Shown here: piece after piece, positions 38,311 through 49,738 of the stretch | Position numbering within the stretch: position 1 is the stretch's first letter | Layout: each line of letters starts with the position of its first letter | Assembly (NCBI GenBank): GCA_963726455.1 | Contig: CAVSCK010000003.1 | Location: 32,001 to 96,000 of the forward strand | Origin: an uncultured bacterium | GTDB lineage: Bacteria > Zixibacteria > MSB-5A5 > CAIYYT01 | Length of the DNA: 64,000 bases | Direction: 5' to 3' | Translations under genes and position numbers: made by a program | The notes under the pieces: model-generated | Databases searched by the model: none | The model's input: only the letters and a program-made list of their open reading frames with translations | What the model was told of the DNA's origin: nothing

Positions 38311-39537
38311 TCAGTTTCTAACCTTCACGTCATTGCCTGCGCCGGCGACAGCCGACAGCGCCTGATACATTTTATCGGCAGCCTTGCTCCAACTATACTT
38401 TTCCGTCACCAGCCGGTATCCGGCTTCGGCAATGGTATTGCGTTTATAATCGTCGCGCAACAGTTCCTTTATTTTTTTTGCGAAATCGGCCTCGGTGTCG
38501 GCGAGAACAATATTGACGCCATCAGCGAGAGGCAGCCCTTCGGCGCCGATGGTCGTGGAGACGACGCATTTACGCATGGCCAGGGCTTCGTAGATCTTGA
38601 TGCGCGTGCCGCCACCGACGCGCAGAGGAACGATGTAAAGTTGCGCAGAGGCAACATCGGGTCGAACATCGGCGACGGTGCCGGTGATGGTAACGGATTT
38701 GTCAGAACGGCCGACCGCGACAATATCCTCGGCGGGGCGACGACCAACAACGGTGAAACTGATGTCGGGAATATCCTGCCGCAAGAGCGGGAGGATCGAA
38801 CGATAGAACCACCAGAAGCCGTCGATGTTTGGCATCCAGTCCATCGAACCGCTGAAAACCAATCGACCGCGGACTTCCCTGCCGAGTGGATGAAAATAGG
38901 ATGTATCGACGCCGGTGGGAATCGTGACGAATCGCTTCAGACCGAATTCTGAGCATAGAAGTTTGCCGTCGTTGTCGGAGACGGTCAGGACTTGCTGGAA
39001 GCGGGAGCAAGCGTCCTGTTCGAAGCGATGCATGCGTTCCTTTTCGCGAGCGAAGTAGAGCTGCTTCAGTGGATTCTTCTCGACCTCGTGATAGCGGCGC
39101 CAGATCAGGGTTTCGACGTTGTGTTCAAACAGGACGCGCGGAATATTGGCGCAATAATCGGCGCACCAGGCCATTTCGAGGAAGTCGCAGAGAACGACAT
39201 CAATTTGGGAATTGGCAATAATCTGTTTGATGCGGTCGATCATGGCAGTGGTCATGTACTTGTTGACGATGTAGGGCCGCGATGAAAACAGCTTCGAGAT
39301 CACGCGGAATTTGAAGCCAAGCCCGGATTTGTTTTCTTCGGGTAGCGGCACTGATTCGACTTTGATGCCGTAGCCACGCATTTCATTGATCCATTTGCCG
39401 TCCAGATCAGGCGGAATGTAGGACAGGAATGTGACCTCGCAACGTTTCGCCAGTTCCGAAAGCAGATGACGCGTGCGAATCTTGCCGCCGGTATCGGCCG
39501 GCAACGGGAAGTCGGATTTTATCCAAAGGACTCTCAT
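38311..39537 (-). CDS. Glycosyltransferase family 4 (PEP-CTERM/EPS-associated type)
   Basis: PADTGGKIRT, EHNVE, GSMDWMPN and PLRVGGGTRIKIYEALAM. Confidence 0.88.
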   Translation of the reverse strand: MRVLWIKSDFPLPADTGGKIRTRHLLSELAKRCEVTFLSYIPPDLDGKWINEMRGYGIKVESVPLPEENKSGLGFKFRVISKLFSSRPYIVNKYMTTAMIDRIKQIIANSQIDVVLCDFLEMAWCADYCANIPRVLFEHNVETLIWRRYHEVEKNPLKQLYFAREKERMHRFEQDACSRFQQVLTVSDNDGKLLCSEFGLKRFVTIPTGVDTSYFHPLGREVRGRLVFSGSMDWMPNIDGFWWFYRSILPLLRQDIPDISFTVVGRRPAEDIVAVGRSDKSVTITGTVADVRPDVASAQLYIVPLRVGGGTRIKIYEALAMRKCVVSTTIGAEGLPLADGVNIVLADTEADFAKKIKELLRDDYKRNTIAEAGYRLVTEKYSWSKAADKMYQALSAVAGAGNDVKVRN

Positions 39538-41463
39538 TGCGGCACCAGCTTGATGTTGTCGATCGGTTCGCGACGAATAAAGATACGGTGCCAGAGTTCG
39601 AGATTCAGGAGCGTCCAGATGCGGTCGGAATGATTGTATTTGCCGGCGCGGTGCAGATCGAAGTAATCTTCGATTTGTTTGCGATTCAGGATTTCGCCAC
39701 AGAAGGAATCTTTGCCGAGAACCAGGTTGCGGGCGAGATCGTGATATTCACCCGCGAACCAGCGACGGATCGGTACCGGAAAGCCCGCCTTGGGACGGGT
39801 CAGAATCTCGCGCGGGATATCGGCACCGAAGGCGAGACGAAGCGCGCGCTTGGTGTGGAAGCCCTTGATTTTGAGTTTGTCCGGCAGAGAGAAGGCGAAT
39901 TCTACCAGTTTATGATCGAGGAATGGCACGCGCGATTCGATAGAGGCCGCCATTGACATCTGATCCTGCTTCATGAGCAACTCGACGAGATACGTTTTCA
40001 CGTCGGCGTAAAGAAGTTTCCCCAACAACGAATCGGATTGCGAACGATTGAAGTGATCCATGAAACCGGAATAGACGCGGCACGGATCGTAACCGTTCCA
40101 ACAAGAGCCGGTAAGTAAATCGCCCAGCATGGCGCGTGAGAACGTTGAATAATTATCGAGGAAGATTGTTTCGATGGCGTTGTCAAGATAGACGGTCGTG
40201 CGGACGGCCTTGTTGCGGTATGGAAATTTGTACGGCAAGGCATCGATCAATGGCCGGAACACGTTTCGCCGCAGAGCGCGCGGCAGAATGCCGAACAAGA
40301 TGCGGTCGGCTTTGAGGTTGTACAGCGTTTGATAGTAGCGTTCGTAGCCGCCGAAAAGCTCGTCGGAACCCTCGCCGGTGAGGACAACTTTGACATGTTG
40401 CGATGCCAGATGCGATACATAATAGAGCGCCACTGACGACGGATGCGCGATCGGTTCGTCCTCGTGATAGATCATGCGTGGCAACGATGAGAAGAAATCC
40501 TCGGTGGACATGGTGATTTCGTGCTGGTCGGCGCCGGAATGTTTGGCAGCAAGACGGGCGTAATACAATTCGTTGGCCTCACGCTCGGAAAAGGCAACGG
40601 AGAAGGTGGCGATGGCGCGGTCAACCATTTTGGACATGCGCTCGGCGATGATCGTGGAGTCGACGCCACCGGACAAGAACATGCCCAGAGGCACGTCAGC
40701 CATAAGCCGGAGATTGACGGACTCATCGAGCAGTTCGCGCAGTCGGGTGACGGCATCGGATTCGGAAATCTGTGAATCGGTCGTGATGGTGTTGCAATCC
40801 CAGTAGCGGGTTACGCTGAGGACGCCGTGCTCCAGTTCAAGATAGTGGCCGGGTTCGAGTTTTTGAATGCCCACGAACATGGTCGAGTCGTCGTTGGTGT
40901 ATTTGAGCGCGAGAATCTGGAGCAGCGCGTGATAGTTGACCTCGCGCGAAATCTGCTCGAGTTGCAGCAGGGATTTGATTTCGGAAGCGAAGGCAAAGAA
41001 CTCGGGCGTGTCGATATAATAGAGCGGTTTGATGCCGAGACGGTCGCGGGCGATGAATAAGCTATCGGCACTTCTCATTGTACAGGGCGAAGGCGAACAT
41101 GCCGCGCAGGCGATGCAAACCGGCCGCACCGTACTGCTCGATGCAATGGATGATTGATTCGGTATCGGAATTGGTTCTGTAACGATGGCCCTTCGCCACG
41201 AGGTCGCGCCTGAGGTCTTGATGATTGTAGATCTCGCCGTTGTATGAGATCCACAGCGTGTCATCTTCGTTGGCGATCGGCTGATGTCCCCTGCTGAGAT
41301 CGACAATCGAGAGGCGGCGGTGACCCAGGCCGACGTTGCCGTGAAGATAGTAACCGGAATCGTCGGGGCCGCGATGCGTGAGCGTATCGGTCATCTTGAC
41401 CAGCAGGCCGCGATCGACAACGCGATTTTTGTCTTTATAAACTATTCCGCAAATACCGCACAT
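39534..41463 (-). CDS. asnB: Asparagine synthase (glutamine-hydrolysing) family amidotransferase (frameshift near 41070)
   Basis: MCGICG, HRGPD, HRRLSIVD, NGEIYN, LSGGVDS, LTGEGSDELFGGY and ESRVPFLDH. Confidence 0.92.
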
Positions 41464-41477
41464 GGTTTCGATAGTCC

Positions 41478-43814
41478 TCAGTTTCTCTCAGTTGGCGACG
41501 GCGTCATAAGATCACATTTTCCTACGCAGTTGACGTGAACGCCGCCGCGGTCATTAATGATGTCGGCGAAAACGACGGGTTTCTTCGCGCGGAAGATTTC
41601 GGTTGATTCGTGGCTAACGACGCTGCCGCCGACGATTACCGCTCGATGGAGTCGGCCTTTATCCTGTTGCAGGAACGTGAAATCGGCGTCGCTAGTGATG
41701 GAGCCGTGCTTCACGGAACCGGATGCGATGAATGTCTCCAGGCCGTTCAGCGTCAGCTTTGCCGTAGCGTTGCCGCAAGATTCGATCACATCAATCTTGT
41801 CAGGCAGCGACCTGTCAGCGTGACACGGCACAGCCATATAAATTCGCATACTGATTTCAGCAGGTGGTGGGGAAATCGTGATGCGGCGGCCGGGATAAGA
41901 TGAAAGATAGTCATTGGAAATTCCGAAGGGTTGAACCCGAATGTCGGCGGGTGTCACGCCGGAGACGCAAGGGATCAGCGCCAGTCGGCCTAACTTTCCA
42001 TTCAACAAGAGACTATTGCCGGAGCGCGAGACGTCACAGGGAGTGACGAAATTCCATTCGGGCTGCACCGGCGTGGTCGCGGACACTGTGTCGCGAATAA
42101 TCCAGAGCATATCATGAAGAAACAGCACTGCTCGCGAGATTGTCACTATGCGCCGATCTATTTTGATCTTGTAGAATGCTTCGTAGAATCCGGACGATGA
42201 AGTCCGGTGACAGACTTGCATTTGGCAGTCGGGTTTCTGTGACCAGCCAAAGGGGTCGCACGGCTTTTCCAGAGACAGACCGGCAATTGTCGGTCCATTG
42301 TGCGCGGCGGCGGATCGATAGAGATTGCGCTTCTGCGGATCGGAGGTGTACGCGAACGTTCCGGGATCGACAAGGAAATTGTCGACGCCGACGGATATGT
42401 CGAGGTGGAGCATGTCGGCATGCGAATGCGGTGAATCGAGATATCCGAATTTGCCGCACTGGAATACCGAGTACATGCCATTTTCCGAGCGCGAAATGAT
42501 CAGTCCGGAATCGCAGAGGCCGATTGACTGGGCTATGGCGACCGGTCGCCGATTTGCTTTCCGATCGCCGCAGAACCAGAATGCATCAGTGTAACCGTCG
42601 GTCGCACCGTCTTGGGTCTGCCCAAGGAATTTCCCACAAGCCTCCAATAGCGGGCGAAAGTCGCAAGCAGGGACACGGCTGAGAAAGAACAGTCGACCGC
42701 CGTCCTCATCTCCGATATGTGGCCAGGTTCCATCGGGTCGCTGCAGCGAGGCCAGTATTTCAGTTGCCTGACGCAATCGTTCCCCGAATGATGCTTCGAG
42801 CGTTATCTGCCGTTGACGACATACTGTCAGCAACGACAGCAGAAACTCGACAGCATAGCCGTGATAGGCGGTTGAAAGTTCAGCATGCATGCCGTCAGCA
42901 GTATATTGACGACCAAGTTCCATTAACAGGACATCGTGGCCAGTTTGCACCCACACGTCGGCATCATCGAACTCCGGAAAGAGCAGTCCGACCATAAAGA
43001 GCGAATAGGCCTCTCCCAGTAAGTGAGTATTGGGAGAGAAATAATATGACAAGTGGCTTCTCACGAAATCTGCGCCTGAATAAACAAGATCATACAGACC
43101 CCTGGCACATTCTTCTGTCAACAGCCGGGAGTCCTTGAAAAACCAGGCACCCCAAAGAAGGGAGTGAAGCCGAAAAGCGGACTCCAATGCCGAACAAAAG
43201 TTAATGCCGTGATAGTCACGATTGGCCGTTCTCCAATCTAGCAGCAACTCGAAAAACTTTCGAGAGTACTTTTCATCTTTCGTGAGGAGATAGGCTTGCC
43301 CCAAGTCGTACACAAACTGAAGTCGAGATAGCTCCCAAATGACCTTTGAGTCGCCAACTACCTCTGGATCCAGGTATTCGATGTCGGCATAGAAACAGTC
43401 AGGCGCGACCACACCGAGAATTGGATCATAGTCCCACCTTGGCGGATCACCGTAGGACACAAAACCTACATTGAAAACGGGAAAAAGATTGTTGCATACT
43501 TGATCGGCTGCAGCCACGATCCGATTCCGCTCTGTGGTTGAATTTGCCCCGACAAATTCTCCGAATTTATCCCGCGCGAAAAAGCCAGGCATGAACTCAG
43601 AATCAGTGTGTGATTTCAAAGCAGTCACAAAATCCAACTTCCGATTGCTCGTAACAAATCGACGATAATACTCATCACTGAACGTCGATTCTCTCCTGCA
43701 GTGAATGCGTCGCTCCTGAAGTCGGCGCCATTCTTCGAACAGGCGATACGAAAGCTCCTTGAACTCGCCTCTTCCGACCTTCTTGAAAATCTTCAACAGC
43801 TTGTCAGCGCGCAT
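41478..43814 (-). CDS. Heparinase II/III / alginate lyase-like protein
   Basis: DSKVIWELSR, SPNTHL, DGMHAELST.YH, IGDEDGG, HSHADMLH, DPGTFAY and AAHNG. Confidence 0.85.
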   Translation of the reverse strand: MRADKLLKIFKKVGRGEFKELSYRLFEEWRRLQERRIHCRRESTFSDEYYRRFVTSNRKLDFVTALKSHTDSEFMPGFFARDKFGEFVGANSTTERNRIVAAADQVCNNLFPVFNVGFVSYGDPPRWDYDPILGVVAPDCFYADIEYLDPEVVGDSKVIWELSRLQFVYDLGQAYLLTKDEKYSRKFFELLLDWRTANRDYHGINFCSALESAFRLHSLLWGAWFFKDSRLLTEECARGLYDLVYSGADFVRSHLSYYFSPNTHLLGEAYSLFMVGLLFPEFDDADVWVQTGHDVLLMELGRQYTADGMHAELSTAYHGYAVEFLLSLLTVCRQRQITLEASFGERLRQATEILASLQRPDGTWPHIGDEDGGRLFFLSRVPACDFRPLLEACGKFLGQTQDGATDGYTDAFWFCGDRKANRRPVAIAQSIGLCDSGLIISRSENGMYSVFQCGKFGYLDSPHSHADMLHLDISVGVDNFLVDPGTFAYTSDPQKRNLYRSAAAHNGPTIAGLSLEKPCDPFGWSQKPDCQMQVCHRTSSSGFYEAFYKIKIDRRIVTISRAVLFLHDMLWIIRDTVSATTPVQPEWNFVTPCDVSRSGNSLLLNGKLGRLALIPCVSGVTPADIRVQPFGISNDYLSSYPGRRITISPPPAEISMRIYMAVPCHADRSLPDKIDVIESCGNATAKLTLNGLETFIASGSVKHGSITSDADFTFLQQDKGRLHRAVIVGGSVVSHESTEIFRAKKPVVFADIINDRGGVHVNCVGKCDLMTPSPTERN

Positions 43815-44932
43815 CGGCCAACTCCCGATAGGTATGCGCCCACTGCCATTTGACGACCGGCCAACGGCATTTTTGGGCGAAATCTTTGCCGCCGGCAATA
43901 ATTGTCTGGCGCAATTCAGTATTCTCAATGACTTCAGTCAGGGCGAGAGCGAGCGCGTTGGCATCTTTCATTGGAACCAGCAGGCCGCTGACGCGATTCT
44001 GAACGATATACGGTATGCCGCCGGCATCGGTAGTAACGACAGGCAGGCCGGCATAGAAGGCCTCGATAATGGCGACAGGCATGTTGTCAATGATGGAACT
44101 ATTGAGAAAGATGTCGGCAGCGTGAAACAGTTTCGGCATTTGGGAACGCTCCACTCGGCCGGTAAACGTGATGTTGGGAACGCCGAGTTGCTGCGCAATA
44201 ATCTTGAGGCGTCGCTCGTCGGAACCATCACCGGCAATCGTGAGAGTGGCGGCATGGAAATTTGGGTTTGACCAGGGCAAACGCGCGCAATGAGGTTTCG
44301 ATGTCATACAGAGGTTCGAGATTGCGGGCGATCAGGATATGCGGCGTCACCTGCGAACGGTCGCGGCACTGGAAGGCGGCGAAGTCGGAGATATTGTAAA
44401 TCGATTCGGCGCGAAATCCGAATTTGGCGAAAACATCAACGAGATAGCCCGAGGGCACAACGATCTTATTCGCCAGACGAATGATCCAGAAGATGCGATT
44501 GCCCGAGCGGGTGAAATGATCGTCGGCCTCGCCGGAACGATAATTGAGAATCTTCTTTTTGCCGTAGAGAGTTGCGACCAGAAGTGCCGGGGTCGGCGCG
44601 AGAATAAATGAGAAGTAGCTGGCGGAGAAAATGTGAATTACATCGTAGCGCCAGACTTTGAAGAAGAGCGATGCAACATAGAATAGCGAGACAATCAGGG
44701 TACGCACATATTTGATGCGGGTCAGATATTTCAGTGGTCCCCAAGGTTCCGGATTGATCGGAAGCAGGTCGGCACGGACACCTTCGGCGCGCAGGTTGCT
44801 GAGCAACAGGTCGGCTTGCACGGCCTGGCCGCCCATAATCGCCAGGGACGGCGCGACTAGCAGGACGCGTGTGCCTTTAAGTATGTCAGCGACGGATCGG
44901 TTTTCGGTCTCGGTCGCACTCGCAGATGACAT
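43804..44932 (-). CDS. Glycosyltransferase family 4 (frameshift near 44260)
   Basis: GGQAVQA, HIFSASY, NYRSGEA, ARNLEPLY and DNMPVAIIEAFYAGLPVVTT. Confidence 0.85.
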
Positions 44933-46268
44933 AGCGATATTTTCCCGACTGTTCATAATGAAGGTGTTCAACCGGTTCATAGGTTACATCAATCGGCGCA
45001 CCGAGCGCCTCACTGATCTTCTGCTTAAATTCGCGCTGCTGATCGTCCGGGACGGGCTGTCCGATAAGGTGCCTGACCACCAGCGACGACGGCGAGGTCT
45101 GCACGACCTGCACCTGTACGCGGATGCCGGATGTCCGCAAGTTGGTGATGATTACCAGGCCTTCGACTTTGGAACCGTCGGGTCGGATGATCATGTCGAT
45201 GACGCGGCCGCCGATAGCGATGATTCGACGCCAGGTGCAACCACAGGGACATGGCGCATCAGCCAAAGTGACCATATCACCCGTGCGATAGCGGATAAGC
45301 GGCATGCCGTAGTTGTAAAGATCGGTCACGACCAGCTCGCCCATCTTTCCCAGCGGAAGTGGGTTGCCATCCCTGTCAATTACTTCAAGATAATAAGACG
45401 GCTCGAAAATGTGCATGCCGTTGTGACTCTGACATTCGGAGGCGACAGTGCCGATTTCGCGGGCGCCATAACGCTCGAAAGTTTCGGCATGGAATACCTG
45501 CTCGAACAATTTGCGCTGCCAGTCATATAGTGGTTCGGCAGTAACAATAATTCTGGGGATCGGAGTCATGGCGATACGTTGCGCCTGGGCGCGCTGCGCC
45601 ATCGCCGAAAGCATATTCGGATAGGCAATAATGGCGCGCGGATGATAGTCGTTCAACTGCCGCAGGAAATCGTCGATGCTGTCTGGCGTGGCGTCGAAGG
45701 CATAGAAATATATCGCACGTTCGGTGAGAAAATTCGCCAGACGGGCTTTGATCGACCTCATGCTGAAGGCATCGATATGCGAACCCCAGACCCAGGCGCG
45801 TTTGGTGCCGGGGAAGATGCCAAGCCGCGCATTGAACAGGTAGTCCTGGGCACGGCGGACGTTTTGTGCGCCCCGGTCACGAAAGAAAGTGAGCGACAAC
45901 CCCGACGAACCGCCGGTGGATGAAGTGATCAGATCTGACTTGGCGAAAGCCGATGACAGGAAAGCATCGATGTCGCGATTGAGTTCTTCCTTGATCAGAA
46001 ACGGGAGTCTCGACAAGTCCGCGAATGAAGTCACCTTGCGCGGATCGAGGCCGTGCCGGCGAAACAATTCGGCATAGTGAGTGGTGGTGGCGTCCGCATG
46101 TGTCAGGATCGCGACCAGCGATTTTAGGCGATGCTGCTCCAGAGCTTGGCTGTCTGCCGTTACCAGAGGAGTAAATCGGCGTTGCCGGGAGAGAATTCCA
46201 TACTCCCCTTTATATGTGAGCCAGACGCGATGGCCGAAGTGGCGGACGAAGAATTCGGCGAGACTCAA
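44886..46268 (-). CDS. Phenylacetate-CoA ligase family / CapK-like adenylate-forming enzyme
   Basis: STGGSSG, YGAREIG, MPLIRYRTGD, GRVID and SGKYR. Confidence 0.88.
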   Translation of the reverse strand: MSLAEFFVRHFGHRVWLTYKGEYGILSRQRRFTPLVTADSQALEQHRLKSLVAILTHADATTTHYAELFRRHGLDPRKVTSFADLSRLPFLIKEELNRDIDAFLSSAFAKSDLITSSTGGSSGLSLTFFRDRGAQNVRRAQDYLFNARLGIFPGTKRAWVWGSHIDAFSMRSIKARLANFLTERAIYFYAFDATPDSIDDFLRQLNDYHPRAIIAYPNMLSAMAQRAQAQRIAMTPIPRIIVTAEPLYDWQRKLFEQVFHAETFERYGAREIGTVASECQSHNGMHIFEPSYYLEVIDRDGNPLPLGKMGELVVTDLYNYGMPLIRYRTGDMVTLADAPCPCGCTWRRIIAIGGRVIDMIIRPDGSKVEGLVIITNLRTSGIRVQVQVVQTSPSSLVVRHLIGQPVPDDQQREFKQKISEALGAPIDVTYEPVEHLHYEQSGKYRYVICECDRDRKPIRR

Positions 46269-47641
46269 TTGGGCGTCCTTTCCGACTGTAATTCGCAGAT
46301 GGAGAAACGGTACTTACCGGACGCTTCTTTAGGAATGCCGTCGACATAATTGAGTTCAAATTTCATGGTCGGCCCAAAGAAGTGCGCGACCTTCTCACGG
46401 ATCAATGCCTGTGACGATTCGGTGAACTTGTCATCCACGGCGAGATTGAAGATCAACCGCGACTTTTCACGCTGAACGATCTGCGCCTGTCGGACACCGG
46501 GGATTTTCGCGGCGAGATAGATTGTGAGTGCGGCGCCGGAAACCTTGCGGCCATCCGGTGCAAGCAGGAAATCGGTCGTGCGGCCGGCAACCATCTGCAT
46601 GCGGGGAAGCGACCTGCCGCAACTGCAAGTGCCCACTTCGGGCGCGCCCATATCCCCTATTTGGTAGCGGATGAACGGGAAGGCGAGGTTGCCGAGATCG
46701 GTGACAAAAATCTCGCCGACGGTTCCGGACACTACATCCTTGCCCTGATCGAGAAATTCGAGATGCAGGTTTTCGGCATTGAGATGCAGGCCACTATGCG
46801 ATTCGCATTCGGAGGCGATTACGGACGTCTCACGCGAACCGTAGCGGTCGAATATTTCGCTGCGAAAATAGGTTTCGATCTTGAGGCGGTTGTCAGCGGT
46901 CAGAACTTCGGCAGAGGTTATGATCCCGCGCGGTGGATGCAGTTTGATACGATTGCCTTTGCAGTAGTCAACCACAAGAGCCAGTGAATTGGCATAGGCC
47001 AGAATAATTTCGGGACGGAAGCGACGATAGCGTTTGGTGAAAGCCCGTAGCGTTTCGTCGCTGAAAGTGCTGCTGTCACAGATCAATTGGCGGTCGATGA
47101 GCAGATTGCGTACGCGCGCTTTGAACGAGCGATAGAGATCGAGATCGGTCTGGTGTCCCCACAACAGGGCGACTTTGCAGCCGATATGGTAGCTGGCCCA
47201 GCGATTATGCCGCAAGGTCGCCGCCTGCCTGGAATCAAGGCGATCGGCGGCATGATAGAAGACCAGCGGTGATCCGGTAGAACCGCCGGTGCGGTTTTCG
47301 ACAAGGTCTTCGCGATGGTAAAAGGTGGAAATCAGGTCCTCACGATGCGCCTGAATGTCGGCCTTTGTCAGAACGGGAATTCTCTTAAGGTCGCCGAAAT
47401 CCTTGACGGTTTTGGGATCAAAGCCGGCTTCGGCAAATCGTCTTTGATAGAACGGCACGTAACGCGCGGCATGGTCGAGCAAAGTCAGGAGCAAACCGAG
47501 ACGAAAATCATGCAAGCGCTCCGGGCTCCAATATTGGCTCTCCTCGAGCATGGCGAGAATTCGCAATTCGCGTCCGCCACGGCGGCTGACATCGAGGGGA
47601 TAAAGCGCACGCTCGACGAATTTCTGATATAGACCGCTCAT
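46265..47641 (-). CDS. Phenylacetate-CoA ligase family / CapK-like adenylate-forming enzyme
   Basis: TGGSTGSP, YGSRE, PFIRYQIGD, GRTTD and SGKYR. Confidence 0.88.
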   Translation of the reverse strand: MSGLYQKFVERALYPLDVSRRGGRELRILAMLEESQYWSPERLHDFRLGLLLTLLDHAARYVPFYQRRFAEAGFDPKTVKDFGDLKRIPVLTKADIQAHREDLISTFYHREDLVENRTGGSTGSPLVFYHAADRLDSRQAATLRHNRWASYHIGCKVALLWGHQTDLDLYRSFKARVRNLLIDRQLICDSSTFSDETLRAFTKRYRRFRPEIILAYANSLALVVDYCKGNRIKLHPPRGIITSAEVLTADNRLKIETYFRSEIFDRYGSRETSVIASECESHSGLHLNAENLHLEFLDQGKDVVSGTVGEIFVTDLGNLAFPFIRYQIGDMGAPEVGTCSCGRSLPRMQMVAGRTTDFLLAPDGRKVSGAALTIYLAAKIPGVRQAQIVQREKSRLIFNLAVDDKFTESSQALIREKVAHFFGPTMKFELNYVDGIPKEASGKYRFSICELQSERTPN

Positions 47642-47771
47642 GTAACCCTTTACATTTCTGTACGATAGCTGGGAGGCAACAGGCCGAAGTCCTCCATTCT
47701 TATACTATCGGCTGAAACGATATAACAGCTTATTTACGCGACGAACAATAGGTTTTTGGGCTCGAAACGGC

Positions 47772-48888
47772 CTAGCTGGTGAAGCCGAATTTGATGGCTT
47801 TGCGGTTACAGGTGCTGATGCACTCACCACAAGAGGTGCAATCGGGAAGAGTCAGGTTTTTGCCCTCGACCAGCGGTTTTATTGTGGGACACGGACTCTT
47901 GATGACGCAGACCTGACAATCGTTGCAGAGCTTGCGGTCAATGCGGACGCGTCCCGGAGCGATCTTTTCAAGCAGCCAAGTGAAGGCGCCGATTGGACAC
48001 ATGGTATAGCAGAAGGGCCGGAATAGGACCAGACTCGCGAGCACCAATGCCGACGCCAGAACCCACCAGAGAATGTTGATATTGTAATGGAGCAACTCGA
48101 AGAAGTTGACCGGGTCATAAATGCTGTAAGCCGAGTAGGCGGTCAGCAGATCAGGCGGGATTTGGGGAGCTTCCTGGCCGAGGTATGAAATTGCCACTTG
48201 ACCTGGAAGATCGTGAAAAAGAACATAATCAATAGTGCGAAGCGGATGCTGTTGAAGACCGGAAAATTGATCTGTTTCCAGCGCCACTTAAAAGGAATCT
48301 TGTTGATAAGCTCCTGTATGGCTCCCAGCGGGCAGACCCAGCCGCAGAACAGCTTGCGGCCGATAATGCTTGGAATCATCATCGCCAGAAAGATCGCGAA
48401 GAAGATCGGGACGATTGATCCCTGCGTAAAGCCGAAAGTGAACAGCTTGGTGGCGCCGCACATCGGACTGGGATGAACGAAAAAGATCAAATCCGATCCA
48501 AACAGCCCGAACGCCACGACGAGTGCCCCGAGGCGCACCCAGCGATTGGTGAATTTCAGGAATAGCAGGACAATGCCGGCGACCATCAGGCCGTACCAGA
48601 CCAAATGCTTGGTCATGAACAGATAGTCGATGGTAGTCGGGGCGGGCCTTCTTCCTCGGCGACGGGTTCGCTTTCGTGGCGGCCGCCCATAGTAGCCGAC
48701 GATGCGGACGAATCTGCCGATTGATCCTGAGCAAATTCGTGCGTGTGTCCGGTTATTGCGGTGGAATCGGCAGCGGGTTCGGCGGCGATTACGAGACGGA
48801 AAACAGCGAAAACAGGCCAAATGCGGCCACGACAAGGTGCTGCGAAGAGACGCAGAGAAAACGTGCTATGCAAAGAATTTCTAATCAC
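47772..48888 (-). CDS. NapH/RdxA-like membrane 4Fe-4S binding protein (several frameshifts)
   Basis: [29 protein letters not shown]...CP and [12 protein letters not shown] across adjacent frames. Confidence 0.8.
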
Positions 48889-48973
48889 TGCGGAAACACT
48901 ATATGATCGAATGGAATTGATGTCAAGCTGATTATGGAAATTGGGAGAGTCTAAGCGGTCGTCCCGTGGCGAC

Positions 48974-49738
48974 TTATTTTACCAGCCGGATGACGATATG
49001 ACGGCAGATATATTTCATAAATGGCAGAACTTTGAGCATGGCTACGTCAATCGGGCGCAGGATTTTCGTGAGTCCCCTATTCTTCGGGAATATGCTGAAG
49101 AAGTCATAACTCTCAAAAGTGGCGGACGTGAAATAGGGTTTGAACTGTTCGAGATTGCGATAGATCATCGGGGTTTCGTAACGCGTGTGCTTGTCGGTGG
49201 TGATTTGGCGATAGAGCCACATCGCCGGATGATGACGCAGATCGTCGATAAAGGCGGCCTTGCCACCCGGCTTTAAGACGCGGGCGATTTCCGCAGGCGA
49301 CTTGTCAAGGTCAGTGTGATGCAGGGCGGCATTGCCAAAAACGAAATCGAAGGTGTTGTCGGGGTAATCCATTTTCTCGGCGGCAGTAACTTTGAACTGA
49401 CAGCGCGAGCCGACACCGTTGGCATTGGCCATTCGAGTGGCGATTTCAACGGATTTCGGCGAGATGTCGAATCCGTAGCACTCGGCGCCGGAGCGGGCCA
49501 GGTAGATGGAGATCCAGCCAGAGCCGCAGGCGAAGTCGAGAATCTTCTTGTCCTTGACAGAGCCGAAGAAATCCATAACGGCGGAATAGGTCGTAAACAG
49601 CCCGAAGTAGTCTTCGTAAGTCAACTGATTGCTGAATTTCAGGCCGCGGCCGTCCTTGAACATTTCTTCGACTTCCTGGTCGAAGAATTCAGCCTCGTTT
49701 TGGTAGCGCTCTTGGTAATCTGACAATGTCTTTTCCAT
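48974..49738 (-). CDS. Class I SAM-dependent methyltransferase
   Basis: ILDFACGSG, FDIS, FDFV, ALHH and VLKPGG. Confidence 0.9.
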   Translation of the reverse strand: MEKTLSDYQERYQNEAEFFDQEVEEMFKDGRGLKFSNQLTYEDYFGLFTTYSAVMDFFGSVKDKKILDFACGSGWISIYLARSGAECYGFDISPKSVEIATRMANANGVGSRCQFKVTAAEKMDYPDNTFDFVFGNAALHHTDLDKSPAEIARVLKPGGKAAFIDDLRHHPAMWLYRQITTDKHTRYETPMIYRNLEQFKPYFTSATFESYDFFSIFPKNRGLTKILRPIDVAMLKVLPFMKYICRHIVIRLVK

